Assembly (NCBI GenBank): GCA_905178155.1
Contig: CAJINV010000002.1
Span: 2,440,162 to 2,504,161 of the forward strand
DNA: 64,000 nucleotides
Source of the DNA: Amoebophrya sp. A120
Lineage: Eukaryota; Protista; Dinoflagellata
Direction: 5' to 3'
Shown: piece after piece, positions 42,819 to 56,869 of the stretch
How positions within the stretch are numbered: the first letter of the stretch is position 1
Layout of the letters: each line of letters begins with the position of its first letter
Position numbers and translations under genes: made by a program
The notes under the pieces: generated by a model
The model's input: the letters and a program-made list of their open reading frames with translations, nothing else
What the model was told of the DNA's origin: nothing
Database searches by the model: none

Positions 42819-45800
42819 CTAGGCCGGCGATTGCGGCTGTTGCTGCTGCGTTGGTTGCTGCGGAAGTTGTGGCTGCATTTGCTGCTGCTGCACTTGAGCT
42901 GCTTGCGCTGCTGGAGCCACTGGAGCTGCTTGTGCTGCTGGAGCCACTGGAGGTGCTTGTGCTGCAGGAGCTCCTGCAGCTGCTTGTGCTGTTGGAGATT
43001 CTGGAGCTGCTTGTGCTGTTGAAGCTCCTGAAGCTGCTTGTGCTGTTGGAGCTCCCGGAGCTGCGGAAGATGCCTGTTGCGCTGGAGCTCCTGCAGCTAC
43101 TGGAGTTACCGGAGCAACCGGAGCTCCTGGAGCTACTGGTGCTGCTGCTCCCGTTCCTTGATCTTGTTCTCCCATTGCTTCGCTAACTTTTTGTGCCGCA
43201 GCAATGCCGTTCACGAGTGGCCCCACAGGAGTAAGGCCGACCACCGCCGATAGAGCTGGATCGCTTTGTACTGCCGCTGCCGCTTTTCCTAGACCGTTCG
43301 CTGCCTCTGTGACTGTCAGTGCAGGCTTTCCACCACTTTTTTCCCCCGCCAATTCTCGTCCAAATTCCAGCACCGAGCGGGCGCCGCCCCGCTCACCGTT
43401 TCCATCTATCTTCTCTGCTCGACGCCTCCCTCCGTCACCCTCTTTTTTTCCCTCATCCGCCGCACGGACGATCTTCTCCCCTGAAATAGTTTCCATGTAA
43501 GAAGACGAAGAACTGCTCCTGGTGGAGGATACATCCTGCGAGCTGAAACCACCAGCACTCTCCTGTCCCCCAACCCGCTCCTGACCGGCCAGCCGCCGAT
43601 CGCCGGACCTCGTCTGCAATTCACTCAGCTTGCGTTCTTCCAATGTAGAAATGCTTCTCCCGTCAGCACTTCTTTTTCCGTATTCTGCGCCCGCGCTTTC
43701 TCCCGATACTCGTTCGATTGGTGTTGCCGGTCGTGCTGGTGCGGCTTCGTTGGAGGTGGGAGTCGGAGAAGAAGCAGTCGTTTGGGCGAAGGAAATGGAA
43801 GGCCCTTCTTGATTTTTGTGGGCTTTCAGATCCCGCTGAACCCTGTGCACCTGGTCTTGAAGCTTATCCACATCAGTCTGCAGCGCCTCCTGATTTAGTC
43901 CCTGCTTGTGCACTTCTGACGCCACTTGAAATTGCTTCTGCTGCATTTGCCGCATTTTCTCCGCCTGATCTGAACCTTCATTTGGTGGTGGTGGTCCCGC
44001 CGCTTGTTGCTGCGATACCCCTCGCGGCGCTACAGGTTGCTTCGGCGTCGCTGCCGATGTGGCCGGCGCACCTGCAGCCGGTGTCGGTGGCGCAGCTGCA
44101 GCCGGTGTCGGTGGCGCAGCTGCAGCCGTTGCTGGTGGCGGAACTGCAGCCGATGCCGGTGGCGCAGCTGCAGCCGGTGCCGGTGGAACCGCCGTGGCAG
44201 GCTGTGGTAGTGCTGCATGCTGCGGCATCTGTGGTGCCACTTGCGGTCCTGAGTGCGCGGCTGCTGCTGCTGCACCTTGTTGGAGCTGCTGCTGGTGCTG
44301 CGGCGCCGGCGGCTGAGAATTTGCCCGCGGCGCGGCCCCGGCCGCCCCCGGGGGCGCTGCACTTGCAATGGGGATGGGTCCGGCAGGATTCCCCTGAGGT
44401 TGCTGTTGTGCCAGCTGTTGCGCCTGCTGTGCCTCTTGCAGTTGCTTTTGCTGCAGCCACAACCCTTGACTCGCTGATGTCACCTTCTCTTTCCCAACTT
44501 CTACCATCGAACCACTGCCCCCCTCGACTTTTCCATCCTCCTCGCCAACTTGACCACCACCTCTTCCACCAGCCCCAGATTCTCCCTTTTCCGAGCCTGC
44601 CATTCTTTCCCCCGAAATCGTCTCCATGTAAGACGAACCAGCCGACGATCCACTGCTCCCAGACAATCGCGAGTCCAACCGTTGATCCTCCCTTCCCCCA
44701 TCCACCTCCCGGCCGACCGGAATCCGATCCTGCCCCGGTGGCGGCAAGGGAACTTGAGCTTCTTTCTGTCCGCCAATGTAAAAATTCTTCTCCAGGTTCT
44801 TCTTCTCCTCGTTCTGCTCTCCCGCCTGCAAAGTCGACGCGGCGGCGGCGGCGGCGGAATTGCCCGTACTGGTGGAACCGATGTTTTCAGAGGGGGGCAT
44901 TTGTTCAGGAAGCTGAGGGCTGGGAGGTTCTGAACCGCTGCGAGCTTCTTGAACAGCCGCAGCTTCTTCTTCGGTCGCGGACGGTTTGTTCTGATCGACT
45001 TTCAATGCGGTTTTCTCCTCCTTTTCCTCCGCCTTTATTTTCGTGGAGGTTTCACTTGCTTCGTGAACCTCCTTCTTGGTCTCAGTTCTTCCAAGTTGCA
45101 CACTACTGCTCTTGCTTTCCTCCACTGACAGTTGTGCATTTCCAGTTTTTCCGTTTTCCAATCCCGGGTTTTGCACAACATCCTCCTGCGCGCCATCAGA
45201 CTTCACCTTTCGCCGCTCGGCTTCCAATTTTTCGAGCATGCTGGCGCTCAACGTCGATTCGGTATCACGATGGAAAATGGATTCCCTTCCGCAGGTGTCC
45301 TCGTCATTTTTGGTCATGCGTCAGTCGTGATACAACAGGAGGACCCGAAGTTGAAAAAGCATCACTTCAGTTTCAGACCCAGAAAGATGTGATAGATCTT
45401 CACAACTTCATCTCGTCATGCATACCACTGCTACCTAGGACATACAGCATCAGAAACAGCAACAGGTTTTGAATTTCCGCATGACAAACGATGACAACTT
45501 CAAAAGGGAATATGGAAATTAAATTCTACATTCCATACTCTTCCTCATCGACCGCGAAGTTGGGACCACTTGCCGAATCACTCGCCCTCCCAACTGCACC
45601 AACCGCTCCCGAACGAGAAGAAGCACCAGCGGTAGCGGAAAAATCAGAGCCATTTTCCATCGCAGAACCCCCGATTCCGCCCAACCCCGTACTCGTTCCG
45701 GCCGCCGGGGCACCATTTTCAACAGTTGTAACGCCAGTTCGACGCGATTTCGACTTTTCCCCCTTCTCAAACTCTTCCGGGGCGAGAAAATCGGTGTTTT

Positions 45801-48132
45801 TGTCGTGGGAATGATGTTCTTGCAGCTCCTTCGCCCGATGAGCGTGTGACTGTGAGATGGCTCCACGACCTTTGTCCAACGCTTTCCCGATCTCCATCAC
45901 AGTTGAAGGATCGTCGTTTTCCTGCTTTCGACTTCCGCTACCGAGCTCAGTAGAAGTCTTCAGCGGTTCTCTCTCCTGCACAAAATCGTACTCTGGTTCG
46001 ATGCTGCTGTCGGGGTGTTGCGGAGAGCTGGTTTTCAAAGCCGCAGGCTCAACATTCGCTTGTGGAGCGGCGGGAGGAGGAGGAACAGCAGGAGTGCCAG
46101 CAGTTGCCGAACCGTTTTCCTCCTCTCCCATGTCCGGTAAGATTTCCGGCCGACCTCGCCCATGTCCGTGTCCTGGCCGTTCGTGCAGCTCTTTCTCCGA
46201 AAACGACGACCCACCGATCTGAGTTACCGACAAATCTCCTTCGGGGTTGTTTCCCGTCTTCTGCTTCACCGCGGGACTATGATGTTGTTCTTGCAACATC
46301 GAGGCTCTGTCCCCACTTCCATCATTCGTGAGTCTTCGTCCGCCAAACGTGTCGTCATTCCCCGCGATGGTTGGCGGAGGGGGCGCGGTCACAGGGAAGC
46401 CGGCGTCTTGCAGCTGCTCGTCACTTGTTTTCGAAGATTCTTGCCCAGCAGCTTCTTCCACTGGTACTTTCCCGCCAGAACGGCTTTCCCCGACCGTTTC
46501 CTGCGCCCCAGAATTCTTCTTGTTCTTCTTCTGGTAATTCCGCTTCCGGCGCTGCTGCCGCTGCACACGGGCCGTTTTGCGCTCCTTGGTCTGCAACACG
46601 GATTGATCCCCGCTTTTCGAAAGAGCGGGTTGAGAACCATCATCTGAACCAGCTGCTGTTCCCGTCTTTTTCTTCTTTTTCTTTTTGTTCTTGCCCGGCT
46701 TGGCGGCGGTTTTTCCACCTTCCGTGACCTCAGCAGCAGCTGCGGGGGCAGTGGCAGCTCCACCAGTAGTTTTTCCAGCCGCTTCGGAACTGGTCGCTGC
46801 TGTTGCCCCATCAACACCGGCGTTGCTAGTACTTCCAGCTGCAGAACCCTTCTTCTTCTTCCCCTTTTTCGCGGTCCCCTTCGAATTTTCCTTCTCCTTC
46901 GCCAGCCACTTCTGCGGGAACAGTTCTCGGTCCAGCGCCTCCTCGTCCCCGAAATAGGTCCCGTAGTTGTCCCGTGTGGACCCGAAGTTTTCGAACGACT
47001 CCCGGATGATCCCGTGGTCCATTAAAAAGTTCCGGAATTTGTGGCGCAGCGGTCCCATGATCTTCACCTTCCACAATCTCGACTGCGACGCACCCGCCAG
47101 AAGCACCAACGCCACGATGAAAGAGCTGAAGACGAGGCCGCACCCACGGAAAATGGCGAGAAAAGCGTGGCAGCACCGCTGGTGTCGCTTGGCATTGTTC
47201 GCTTTGTTCTCCTTACTCAGCATTGGGGTGTGCGGGGTCGGGATTTGCGCAAATTGCTTCATCCGGGTGGGGGGGCGATCGGAGGGGTGAGGACCAGGAC
47301 CGGCTCTAGCCATAGTGTCTTCGTGGAAATTGTTCACGTCGTTCCCGTCCCGCATACCACGTTCATGTCCATGTGCGACGCCGCGTTTCGGCGGCGGGGG
47401 TGGGAGTGGTGGGGAGAGTACTCCTTGACCAGCGGCAGGAGGACGACTTGTTCCAGCACCAGCAAGTGAAGATGAAAAGCCATGAGTTGTTCCGTCGCCT
47501 ACAATTCCACCACGACCTTGCTGCTGGTTCAACACCATCCTCTCGTCGTCGTCATCATACCCGTAGTTGTACTGCTGCCCCGCCCGCGGCCCGGGCGACG
47601 TCGTTGACGCCTGATGGTTCTTCGTCCCCCTCTCCCCAACCGACACCCGGCGGTAGATCTGACTGCTCGCTGGTGGGGGCGGAGGCATGGGAGAAGAGGA
47701 AGACGCGGTGTTGCTGGGTACCGATTGTTGTTGCGCACCGGGAAACTCGGACGAAGGCCCTGAAGTTGAACAATGCACCACACGCAGCATGGGGTTGCGA
47801 CCGGAACGTCCTGCAGGCAGTTTCCCGAGCATGTCTTGAGGATGGTTGTTCATGTGTGCATGTTGCTCTACATCCTCGTCGTAGCCGGGTATGGTAGTTT
47901 CATCCGCAACTTCAACGTCGTCGTAGGGAAAATGCTGATCCGCGTCTTGCTCGTCGGAAAGGTGGTGCAAATCGCCATAGTTGTAATCCTCCACCGACTT
48001 CGACGCCATGTTCTCCAATGGCATGTCACCGGACCGATCCCCCTCCTCCGCCGGTTTATTCCCCCTACCACTTCTGCTTCCTTCGCCGCGCATGGCGTCG
48101 CGCACCGTGTCGAAATGCGAAGATGAGTTCAT
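42819..48132 (-). CDS. Large single-TM low-complexity protein (TM-AGASQS family); ORFs 45526-48132 and 42819-45317 probably joined
   Basis: Two long same-strand ORFs of like composition separated by about 200 bp rich in intron motifs with a GTATGG donor at 45538; acceptor uncertain. TM segment FSSFIVALVLLAGASQS. Confidence 0.72.
42885..43150. repeat. Coding tandem repeat (27-bp/9-bp units, APAAQAAPV-like)
   Basis: Repeated gctgcttgtgctgctggagccactgga-like units. Confidence 0.8.
44062..44190. repeat. Coding tandem repeat (24-bp, PPTPAAAA)
   Basis: Repeated gcagctgcagccggtgtcggtggc units. Confidence 0.8.
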
Positions 48133-51100
48133 AACTTCTTGGGCGAGATGAGCCGTGTTTTACACTCAGGTCGGCGCCAACTCCGTGGAGGAAAACAAGT
48201 AGTCGGCAAAAATCAGTGGCGGCTTGTTGGATGAAGAGAAGTTGTAGCTGCTCTTTGGTTTGGCTTGGGTGGGTGCAAACCGAAAGAAACTTCTACACGA
48301 ACTTTATTTCTGAATTGAAATTTTTTCTCAAAGTGGGGACTTGATGATGATTTTTTCTAAACTGACATCTTTACACAGGGGGAAAAATACTGCTTTTTGC
48401 TTAGTACAGGAGGAAATGCAGCTGTCGAAAAAGAGTTTTGATGTTTCTAGCGTTAAGCATAATCATAATGTACAGGGACGTGGTCGAAATAAAATTTACT
48501 AACTTGCTAGAACCCAACTACTTACACCACACGCGAGGGGCGCCTAAACTTCTCGTCGGAAAGGCTTCTCGCCAGGGTTGGAGCAGTGGTTTTAGTTTCA
48601 CATTGAGAATTAGCATTAGGGGCTTTTATCTTACACGACACTTTTTTCATGGAGAATACGGGAGTTTCTGAGGCTGAGAGCCCGAGCAAAAACACCTGTT
48701 GAAAGAGAGAGGGTTGTGTAAGTAGTAAAGAAAAGGGAAAACCATGCAACTGATCACACCCTCTTGCAAATCACGACAAGATGGCGGCAAAAAGAACCGA
48801 CAAGAGCACGACTACGTCAAAGAACGCATCGCGTACGAGCAAGTAGTGTGCTAGTTGTACGAGACGTGGTTTTAATTCAGGACGCGTACGAAAGAAGATT
48901 TTCCGATAGTTCGTTTCATTCGTCTTCCGAAAAGATTTTGTGCGGGCAATATCCTCTGAGCTGCTGGACGAACGACTGTTCCGTGTACGAGGCAAAACCG
49001 ATTTTCACTTTTCACGGTTCGTTTCACTTGACCAGTACAACGCCAGAACGAAAGCAGGGAAAGGCACGACCGAAGGTGCGGAGTACAGGTGCTGCTCGTA
49101 CTACTAGTAGAGACCTAGCAATGAATACAATCATCAAGACCGAAACCATGCGAGCACAGAGTATGCCTTGGTCTCATAATTTACCGAGAATGGAAACAAG
49201 AGAATCTTTTGCGCAGGAAAAGATGGACGTGCTATCACAACAAAATCTACGTTCTGGCCCGAAATTAGAAGGGCGTCCGCAAGATGGAAAACCAGTGAAG
49301 AAGCCAGCTCCAAACTCAACAGCACTGCTGGTCCCGGACGGATTCGGCCGAGCAAGAGGTGAGGCTTGGTACTGCCACCATGCAGTAGCTTCGATGCTGA
49401 AGGCAAAAAAGTTGCCCCGCAACCCCCACTCGGCGCTCGGCTCTGTTCTTTGGTTTTTTTTTTTTAACTTTTTCCTTTTTTTTGGTGCAATTTATAATTC
49501 TCGGCTTTTGTTTTTCAAGTGCAGTGCCTCTCCCTTATCCGTGTTCCACTGTTGAGCTCCGAAAGAATGTGCGAAAAGAAGAACGGATGTACTGCTACTG
49601 AGCTGCTGGCTGTGAAAATTTGCGAAAGGAAATTAGGTGTGTGAAGATACTTCTTCGTGGACGCACAGCACAGTGACAATACAGATCTACTCTGAGTTTC
49701 GGTTTTCAAAAAAAAAGGAAAGCACTGCACATGTAGTGTAAATGCTGATAGTTTTAGTGCGTAATTAATTGTAGAAGTACAAAGTTTTTAATTATATGTG
49801 ATCACCCTCCTCGTACTACAATGATTTTCTTTGCGACAGTACAAATTTCAAACACGTACGTCAAGGATACTAGCTCGCCGATTCATCTTCGTATTTCCCA
49901 TGCTTGGTTGTACCGCTACAGCCCCACTGCCGAGAGCTACGTGTGTATGCGCCGCCTTAGCAATAGAACTACTCATAGTGGAAGAAGTGGGCCAAACATT
50001 ATTGATGCTCGGAAGACCTCTGGCAGCTAGCTTCCAGGCTGGTGTACTATCGTGGTTCTTCTTGCACGAAATTTTCGAGGAGTGTGACCACAGTAGTGAG
50101 ACAAAATAGGGGTGAGACTGATAACAACTACGGGAAAAGTACGCTTCATCTTTACAGAGAGAACAGGGGTCGCGAAAAGATAAGCCTGGCGTCAACAGTG
50201 AGGATGCAGAATCAATTGTAAAACTGTAATTGGGGTCTTCAAAATGAAATTGCGAAAAAATGGCACGTCAACAATGCCAAAATGCAAGGGGCCGAAAATG
50301 CGTACAACTCAACCTCAACGATAATCTGGAGAAAGAGTAAAACAATTTGACAGATAGTATGAATATGCGTAGCTGTAAAAAAGTAAAAGAAAACAAAGAA
50401 ACACAAAATTGCGATACAAGAAAGTGGTTCTACTATAAATTTTGATTTTGTACGACTACAACCCGATCAAGAAGGAAGATTGCCGATAGCACTCGACAGT
50501 CATTGTAGAAATCACTGTGAATGTAGCTGTTGGAAAGTGTTCTGCAGGCGCCGAAAGAACTTGACGAGCCCTTCGGGCGCCCACACTTGAAAGCGACTCA
50601 GCTAAGTAAACTCCTACGGAAACGAAATTCTGAATGTGTGTGAGGCGAAACGACACAAACAAAAAATGAACAAATGCGAAATCCGCATTCATACTTCTTC
50701 CGTTTGTGAGAAAATCAGACAACGACATCTTTTTGTCGAAGTACGGTAAGCAAAGCCACTCGCCGCAGCGTGAGACTTCATCCTCGAAAGGAGAGAGCAG
50801 CAACAGATAGTAAACGAAGTAGAAGCATGTTCAGAATGGTAGATACATAAAACCTCGGAAAGAGGGTTTTCTCCCATGGCAGCTGGAGAAAACCTTTGAA
50901 AGAATGGGCGACGACCCACATCTCTGTGGCGCGTACATGCCTCCCTACAAACATGCAGAGTGGACGGACGGCCAGCAGTGAAGGCAGGAGCTGTCGCTAG
51001 ACAGTTCGGGCCATACGGCTTTGTGCAAATCGTGGTGAAAACGTCGATTTTTTCTCTTTTGGTGACATGGCTTCCGCACGCGCGTCTACAGCCTGGATCG

Positions 51101-51650
51101 TCTGCGTTGTCGCTTGGGTGGAGGGAGGTCGCCCGGCGCCCGCTTCTCGATCTTGGGCTTCGCCTTACGCGGAGCGGCATCTGTAAATATTTGTCAGAAA
51201 CAACACTGCTGCATCTGGTACTTATCAGAGTAGAGCGAAAAGCGCTCATTAAGACAGCCACCACATCAGCAACGGCGTTCAGACCAGGTCAGCAGCGTGC
51301 CGCCTGGTCAGCCTGCTCCGACTAGCATTCGAGAAGCAACTCAGCGCAAGCTCTCTCGAACTCGGGCGGAAACGCAAGACCCTAGGTTCCGGGTATCGAG
51401 AGAAGCTACGATGAATTCGAAGCCCGGTAGCCCAGACGCAACTGAACTTCCGGGAAAACCGAAATTTTGTCCAGGTTGCCCAACCACCTTTTCCCTAGAC
51501 CCTCAAAGCAACCCGGAAACCCGTTTGCCGATTTCTACGGTGCCTTTCCTTTGCCAAACCCAAACCCGCAACGCACAGTCCTTCTGCAGTCGACCACTGC
51601 ACGAACCGCGACGCCTTTTCGCGGCAGCGGGCTAAGCCGCTGAGCAGCCT

Positions 51651-54600
51651 TCAGCCGTGAAACTTCGAAGGGATCGGGCCATCACGAAACTCCTCCCTCG
51701 TTGTTTTGGGAACACATTTTCCTGAATCGGCACAACGGGCCAGCGCAGGGCGACACAAGCAGCGCTGAAGATAACAAAAAGACCTCTCTATACCGAACTT
51801 CTCCTTCGCAGCCTTCGCGGCATGCTCCACATCTCCCCCCGCGTTCTCCGCGGCGTCGACCTCTTCCCGGACAAACCGCTTTCTTTCAGCTGCAAGTTTT
51901 CGAGCCTCGACCTCTTTCTCGATAGCGGCCGGGTCCACTTCCTTCTTGGCGGGATCTTGCCTTTGTATTTCTACTGCAATGTCTGCAGCGAGTCCCTTCA
52001 CCTCAAAGTCCTCCAGGTCGGCAAGCCCTCTGCCGTCGTCTTTTTGCCCCGCTTTTTTGGCCGCTTCGTCAATACCCTTCGCAGCTCGTTCTTCCTTCCG
52101 AGCCCGCTTCGCAGCTCGCTGGGCCTGTTCTTCTGGGGTGACGGGGCCGTCAACATCCGCTGCTTCATCACTGTCCTCGTCATCACCGTCGAAGGCATCC
52201 AAAATGTGGTCCGTGAGCTTTGGGACGAGATGTTCTGCAGCTGCACCAACGAGAGCGGGCCCGACAACTGCACCAATGGCCGCAAGTGCTGGAAATGGCT
52301 CATATGACCCCTAAAACATTCCGCTCTGAGCCTGTGCCCTATTCGGTCTTTCTCTTTGCGTGGTTGTATTATGATATCACATTGAAAAACAAAGCTCTGA
52401 CGTCGGGCTCGGGTCAATGCAAACGAAGAAATCACGTGATATAACAGCTGGAGCCGCCGCGAACAGCTGCGTCCATCGAGGCCAAATTAAAAATGGACCA
52501 AGCTCTACTGTACTTGACAAAAAACACTCCAGGTCTAGCCACCGTCGTTGGATGCAGAAGACAAACTTTGTATAAGCTACTTTCCTGCAGAGTCTTCGTC
52601 TTTTCACGCACAGACATTTTTCCTAACTTCACGAGTCGACAAATTGCTTTCGCAAAAGTACGAATCCAGCAGCACCGACGAATCGCCAATGCGAAAGTAG
52701 AATGTGAGGTTGTTTTTCTTGTTTTTATTTTCTCTATGCTCCTATTACCACTGCACAAGCTGAGAGGGAGGACGAGTAGTGCTTTCTTCCAGTAACTTCA
52801 TCTTCTCTTCCAAAAACGCGTTGTCCTTGGCCGTGGCCGCCGCTCCCGTGGTCGTCGCAACCAGCTATGGAACCAAAACCATTTCCCTGGCACTGCAGCT
52901 TTCCACAAAAAACACGATTGACATGTAAATTTGAAAGGGTGAGGGACACCAGTTGCCAATGTCATGATCCTGACAAGCACATCGAATCGTAGGACACACC
53001 ATGCATCTGCGAGAAATTTTCCTTGATTTGATGGCATCAGCAGGTTTTATCCAACTGCGCCTGCGGCTGATACAAATACGCCGCATCATCGAGGACCAAT
53101 TATACACCGCCTTGCCCGCCCGGCAACACTAGGCTCAACGATTTTACATGTAAAACCGGCGTTCCGGTAGTCCAAGGGACCACGAAGTCGGCTTTTCTAC
53201 ATCGCAGAATCTAAAATTGGAAAGAGCAGGAAATCCGGTGAAAAGGTTTCAATCCTCGTAACTCGCCGTCAGCGGATTTGTCGGTCACGTCGTCCAGAGG
53301 TATCAAGAGGAAAAAACCGCACAAATGCCGCCAGGAGTCCATTGATTTCCGTTCGTGCTGTCGTTGGCTTTTTGAGGTGTGCGCGATAAAATTGAAAAAC
53401 CGAACAACACATGAAAAATTAATACACACATACTGCACTATCTCTATCTTCATGCAAAGACTCGGTCTTGATCACGACAGCAAAAGATCCTTTCCTGCGT
53501 TGTTGCCTTGCCTTCTACATCCGACCACCGCGGAGGTGACACGAGAACAACAATACCTACGACGTGTACGTCGTTCACCCGCTCTCGACCTGAAGCTCGC
53601 ATAAAAATCGTTTCTGTTTCAAGCCGGGATCGGCGAAAACACCGAAGATGCAACGACTTCCACGAGGACCAGTCAATGGGGGCGGGCATAAGTTTTAGCA
53701 CTACAGCTGTAGTCTTTCCCATATCAACCGCGGCGGGTTCTTGCTCGTGAGCAGCAGCAAGGGGCGCGGCCGTCTTGGTCGTGGAGGGGACGGTTTCGGT
53801 GAAGGAGGACACTTTCTTGTTCTTGTTGGCGTGGTAATCGCTCGCAGCTGTATATTTTTTTTCTTGAAACATAGAGGTCACGACTTGATGAAAGCAGTGA
53901 TTTCCTTCCCTGGCGAAGGCACATCGCTATGATAGGCACATAAGTACTTTGCCGGGCTCTCAGTCCGGAATATTCCTCTCGGGCAGAAGCAAAGCCTAAC
54001 GGTATGCGAGGAATTGTCTTCACGTACACTGTATCGAAGACGGCGCTAGACCTAGAAACGTAAGAAAAGCAAGATATGTACCTTGCGCACCCACTGCCCC
54101 CATGAGGGCCGCGTTCGGATTGTTCGCGGCCCATTGGTCGGCCTTTTTCTGAGCCACTTGGCGAAGCACTTCCCCCCCAATTTGTTGACCGGTCTTCAAG
54201 GCCCCCTGCAGTGCAGGAATGATCGAACGAAACACTTCCTTACTTGCTCGCATGCGTTGATGATATTGACACTTTTCCTTCAACAAGGAACTTTTCATCT
54301 ACTTGCCCTACATCTAAAAGAACTGGCGCGCAGCAAAGCTGTGCCTTTTTAACTTACACCGGCGCAACATAAATTCGACGCACCTCTTTAATTTAACTAC
54401 ATCGCTCTGTCGGCAATTTTCAACAGGCATAAACAATGCGTCCCAGCATGCGAAGCAGAGCAAAGAGTTCCTCATCATAACCATCGCCCCGTTGTTACCT
54501 CCACCTTGTTGTGGCGCTTCGCTTTGTTGGGCGGCGGAGGCTTTGCCGCTTTCCTTGCCCTTGCCGACGGCGTTCGCTTCGGCTTCTTTTTTGTCCGCTT

Positions 54601-54718
54601 CCCCCTCCGCAGTTTCCAGAAACCCGTCCGCGGCGTTCACCGGGAAGTATGCAGTGGAAAGACCGGCCACAGAAATCATTCCCCCATCTTTTCCTCTTTG
54701 TACCCATCGATTTGTCAT
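51651..54718 (-). CDS. Exons of a multi-exon hypothetical protein (boundaries unresolved)
   Basis: Protein-like segments at about 54490-54630, 54080-54300, 53720-53880 and 51794-52305 (EPFPALAAIGAVVGPALV...KAAKEKF followed by a GTATAG donor). May be the 3' part of the gene starting at 57813. Confidence 0.5.
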
Positions 54719-56869
54719 GCTAAACAGGAGTACGACACGCCTTGTGTCATGCTGTTCACGGTGACTACATGACAGACATCAACAACGTTGTAAATCCGCC
54801 TCTATGCCTCTCTGTCGTAGGAGGCTCGGAGGACAAGCCACGCATTCCAACACGTGAAGCTGGCGTATCAGAATCACAACTGTTCATAGCAATGTTCACA
54901 AAAGAGGAAGAAGGAACCCACGACGTACAGCTTTTCCAAATTCATATCTTCCCCGGCACCGCACCCGCGCCGTCGTTTGCAGCCGGCTGGCGTATAGAAC
55001 TGGAAAATTTTCATCTCGCAGTAACAACTCAAAATGTACCCGACGGAGCAAACTTCAGATCCGGAACACTACCAGGCTGCTTTCATCTCAATGCAATGAA
55101 TCACTTATTGCACAATTTCAATGCAAGGAGAAGGAGCCACGCATGCCAAATTCGAGTATAGATGAAGAAAAATTTTCCACATTCCGTAAGTTCCACCGCA
55201 TTGTCGGTCGGAGCGCTTATATCGAGTTGAAAACTGCCTTGACTATACAGCATCAGATTTTTTTCCTTCTAGTTTGCCATGCATTCTCCACCGGGAAAGA
55301 AGCACAGACGCGTCGCCTTGCTCATGCGACGTGCCGCGCCTGCACATAGGGCTACATCATCATTTTCTGCAGAATGAATGAGGTCATTCCACGGCTTATC
55401 TTCAGGAGAGATATTTCTGGTATTGGCATGAGTAACTCCATTATCGATGCAGAAGAAGTCTCAACAACTGTCGTGTGTTGTAAGTCCGGAGCAATTTTTT
55501 CAACCTGATAACTCTCGCCGGCAGTCTGCGCGGTTTGGGCAGCGGAGTCGTCGATAATGTATGGAGAGGAAAATTTTGTCTGTTTTTTTTGTTTTTCTTA
55601 TATACGCTTTCGCTTTTCCTCTTGTTCCCGCAACACCTCCACCACGGATGGAGCAGGTTCATCTTGTTGTACTTTACACAGCTATAGAAATTTCCGGTAC
55701 TTAGGTAAGATTCAGGGATGTTACACATGTGTTGTCAATGCCACATAAGGAACCAGTGAAACATCAAAATCTTTCCCGCCATATCGGACCGGCGGCAGCC
55801 GCAACAGCTCCTTGTTCAACCGGCGGAGTATGGTGTGGAAAAATTTGACGCAAAAAAACGGTTGGATTTTTTCTTCCTTTTGTACCAGCTAGAAGCAGCT
55901 TCTACGCTGCAGCTAGACAAATGATACTGTAATTGTTCTGTCATTTTTCGGAGATTTCTATCACCCATAATTTTCCTGACCAGGGCCAGTAAGTTCAAGA
56001 CCCAGTTGTAGGGGGCTCATCCACCATTATCTTGAAAAAATTTGCATCTATTTGCATTCCAGCGCTATTTCCAGCATGACAAATCCAACAGCTTATTTTG
56101 ACCCAAATTCTTCCCTACCGTACTGCGTGGTCGCCGCCGTCAAGTCCGTCGCCGGTGCGGACGCAGCCTTGCCGCCCTTCTATCAAGCTGAAAAAAGCCG
56201 CTCTTCTGATGCATTTTTTGTCTTGCATGTAGGACCATGCTGGTATTTCTGCATACGGAGCTGCTACAGTAGTAGACAATGAATAAGTAGTACTCTGATC
56301 AGTCTGCATTGTGGCCAACGAGCTGTGTCCGCATGACAGATTAGTAGTGATGTCAGCATGATTGTGCACCAATGCTGAACATCGCATGACAAATCACGTG
56401 GCAAAACAGAAGGTGGTTTTTCAGTTCCATATGTCCTCGAAATCGTACATGGCCTTAGGTTCCAGAAATTCCGGCATTTTCGTGGCGTATCGAGTGCAAA
56501 CACAGAGTGGCATAGGTGGACTAGTATGTACTTATCTAGATCTACCACTGTGGTAGTGGTGTTACTCCCTCCACCTCCGGTGACAAAAAAAATCACTTTC
56601 TCACGCAGGCATCTTCCTCAGGCTTGCTAGGTTACACATTCACGCCTTTCAACATAGTTTGAATTTGTCATTGACGAGGCGCGCGTGTCCGAAGAGCACA
56701 TGCACAACGGGCCCGCATGAAAAATTGGCTCAAGATTTCAGCCGCGCGTATTCCTCTTCTAGCAGCACTTTTTACCCATTTCTTTATGCAGAGAACAGCA
56801 AGAGAAAAGACTTCCGTCACGCTGACATTCCTACTCTATGCCCTCACAAAGTTTTTTGCGATTTCATAC

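Noticed and set aside
43718-45472. 584-aa plus-strand ORF
   Set aside because: Antisense shadow of the repetitive minus-strand gene.
48764-49555. 263-aa plus-strand ORF
   Set aside because: No recognisable domain, runs into a poly-T tract and opposes the gene block; cannot be supported without RNA.
56725-56734. TTGGCTCAAG, matching the 3' end of the dinoflagellate spliced leader
   Set aside because: Only 10 nt and on the strand opposite the genes.
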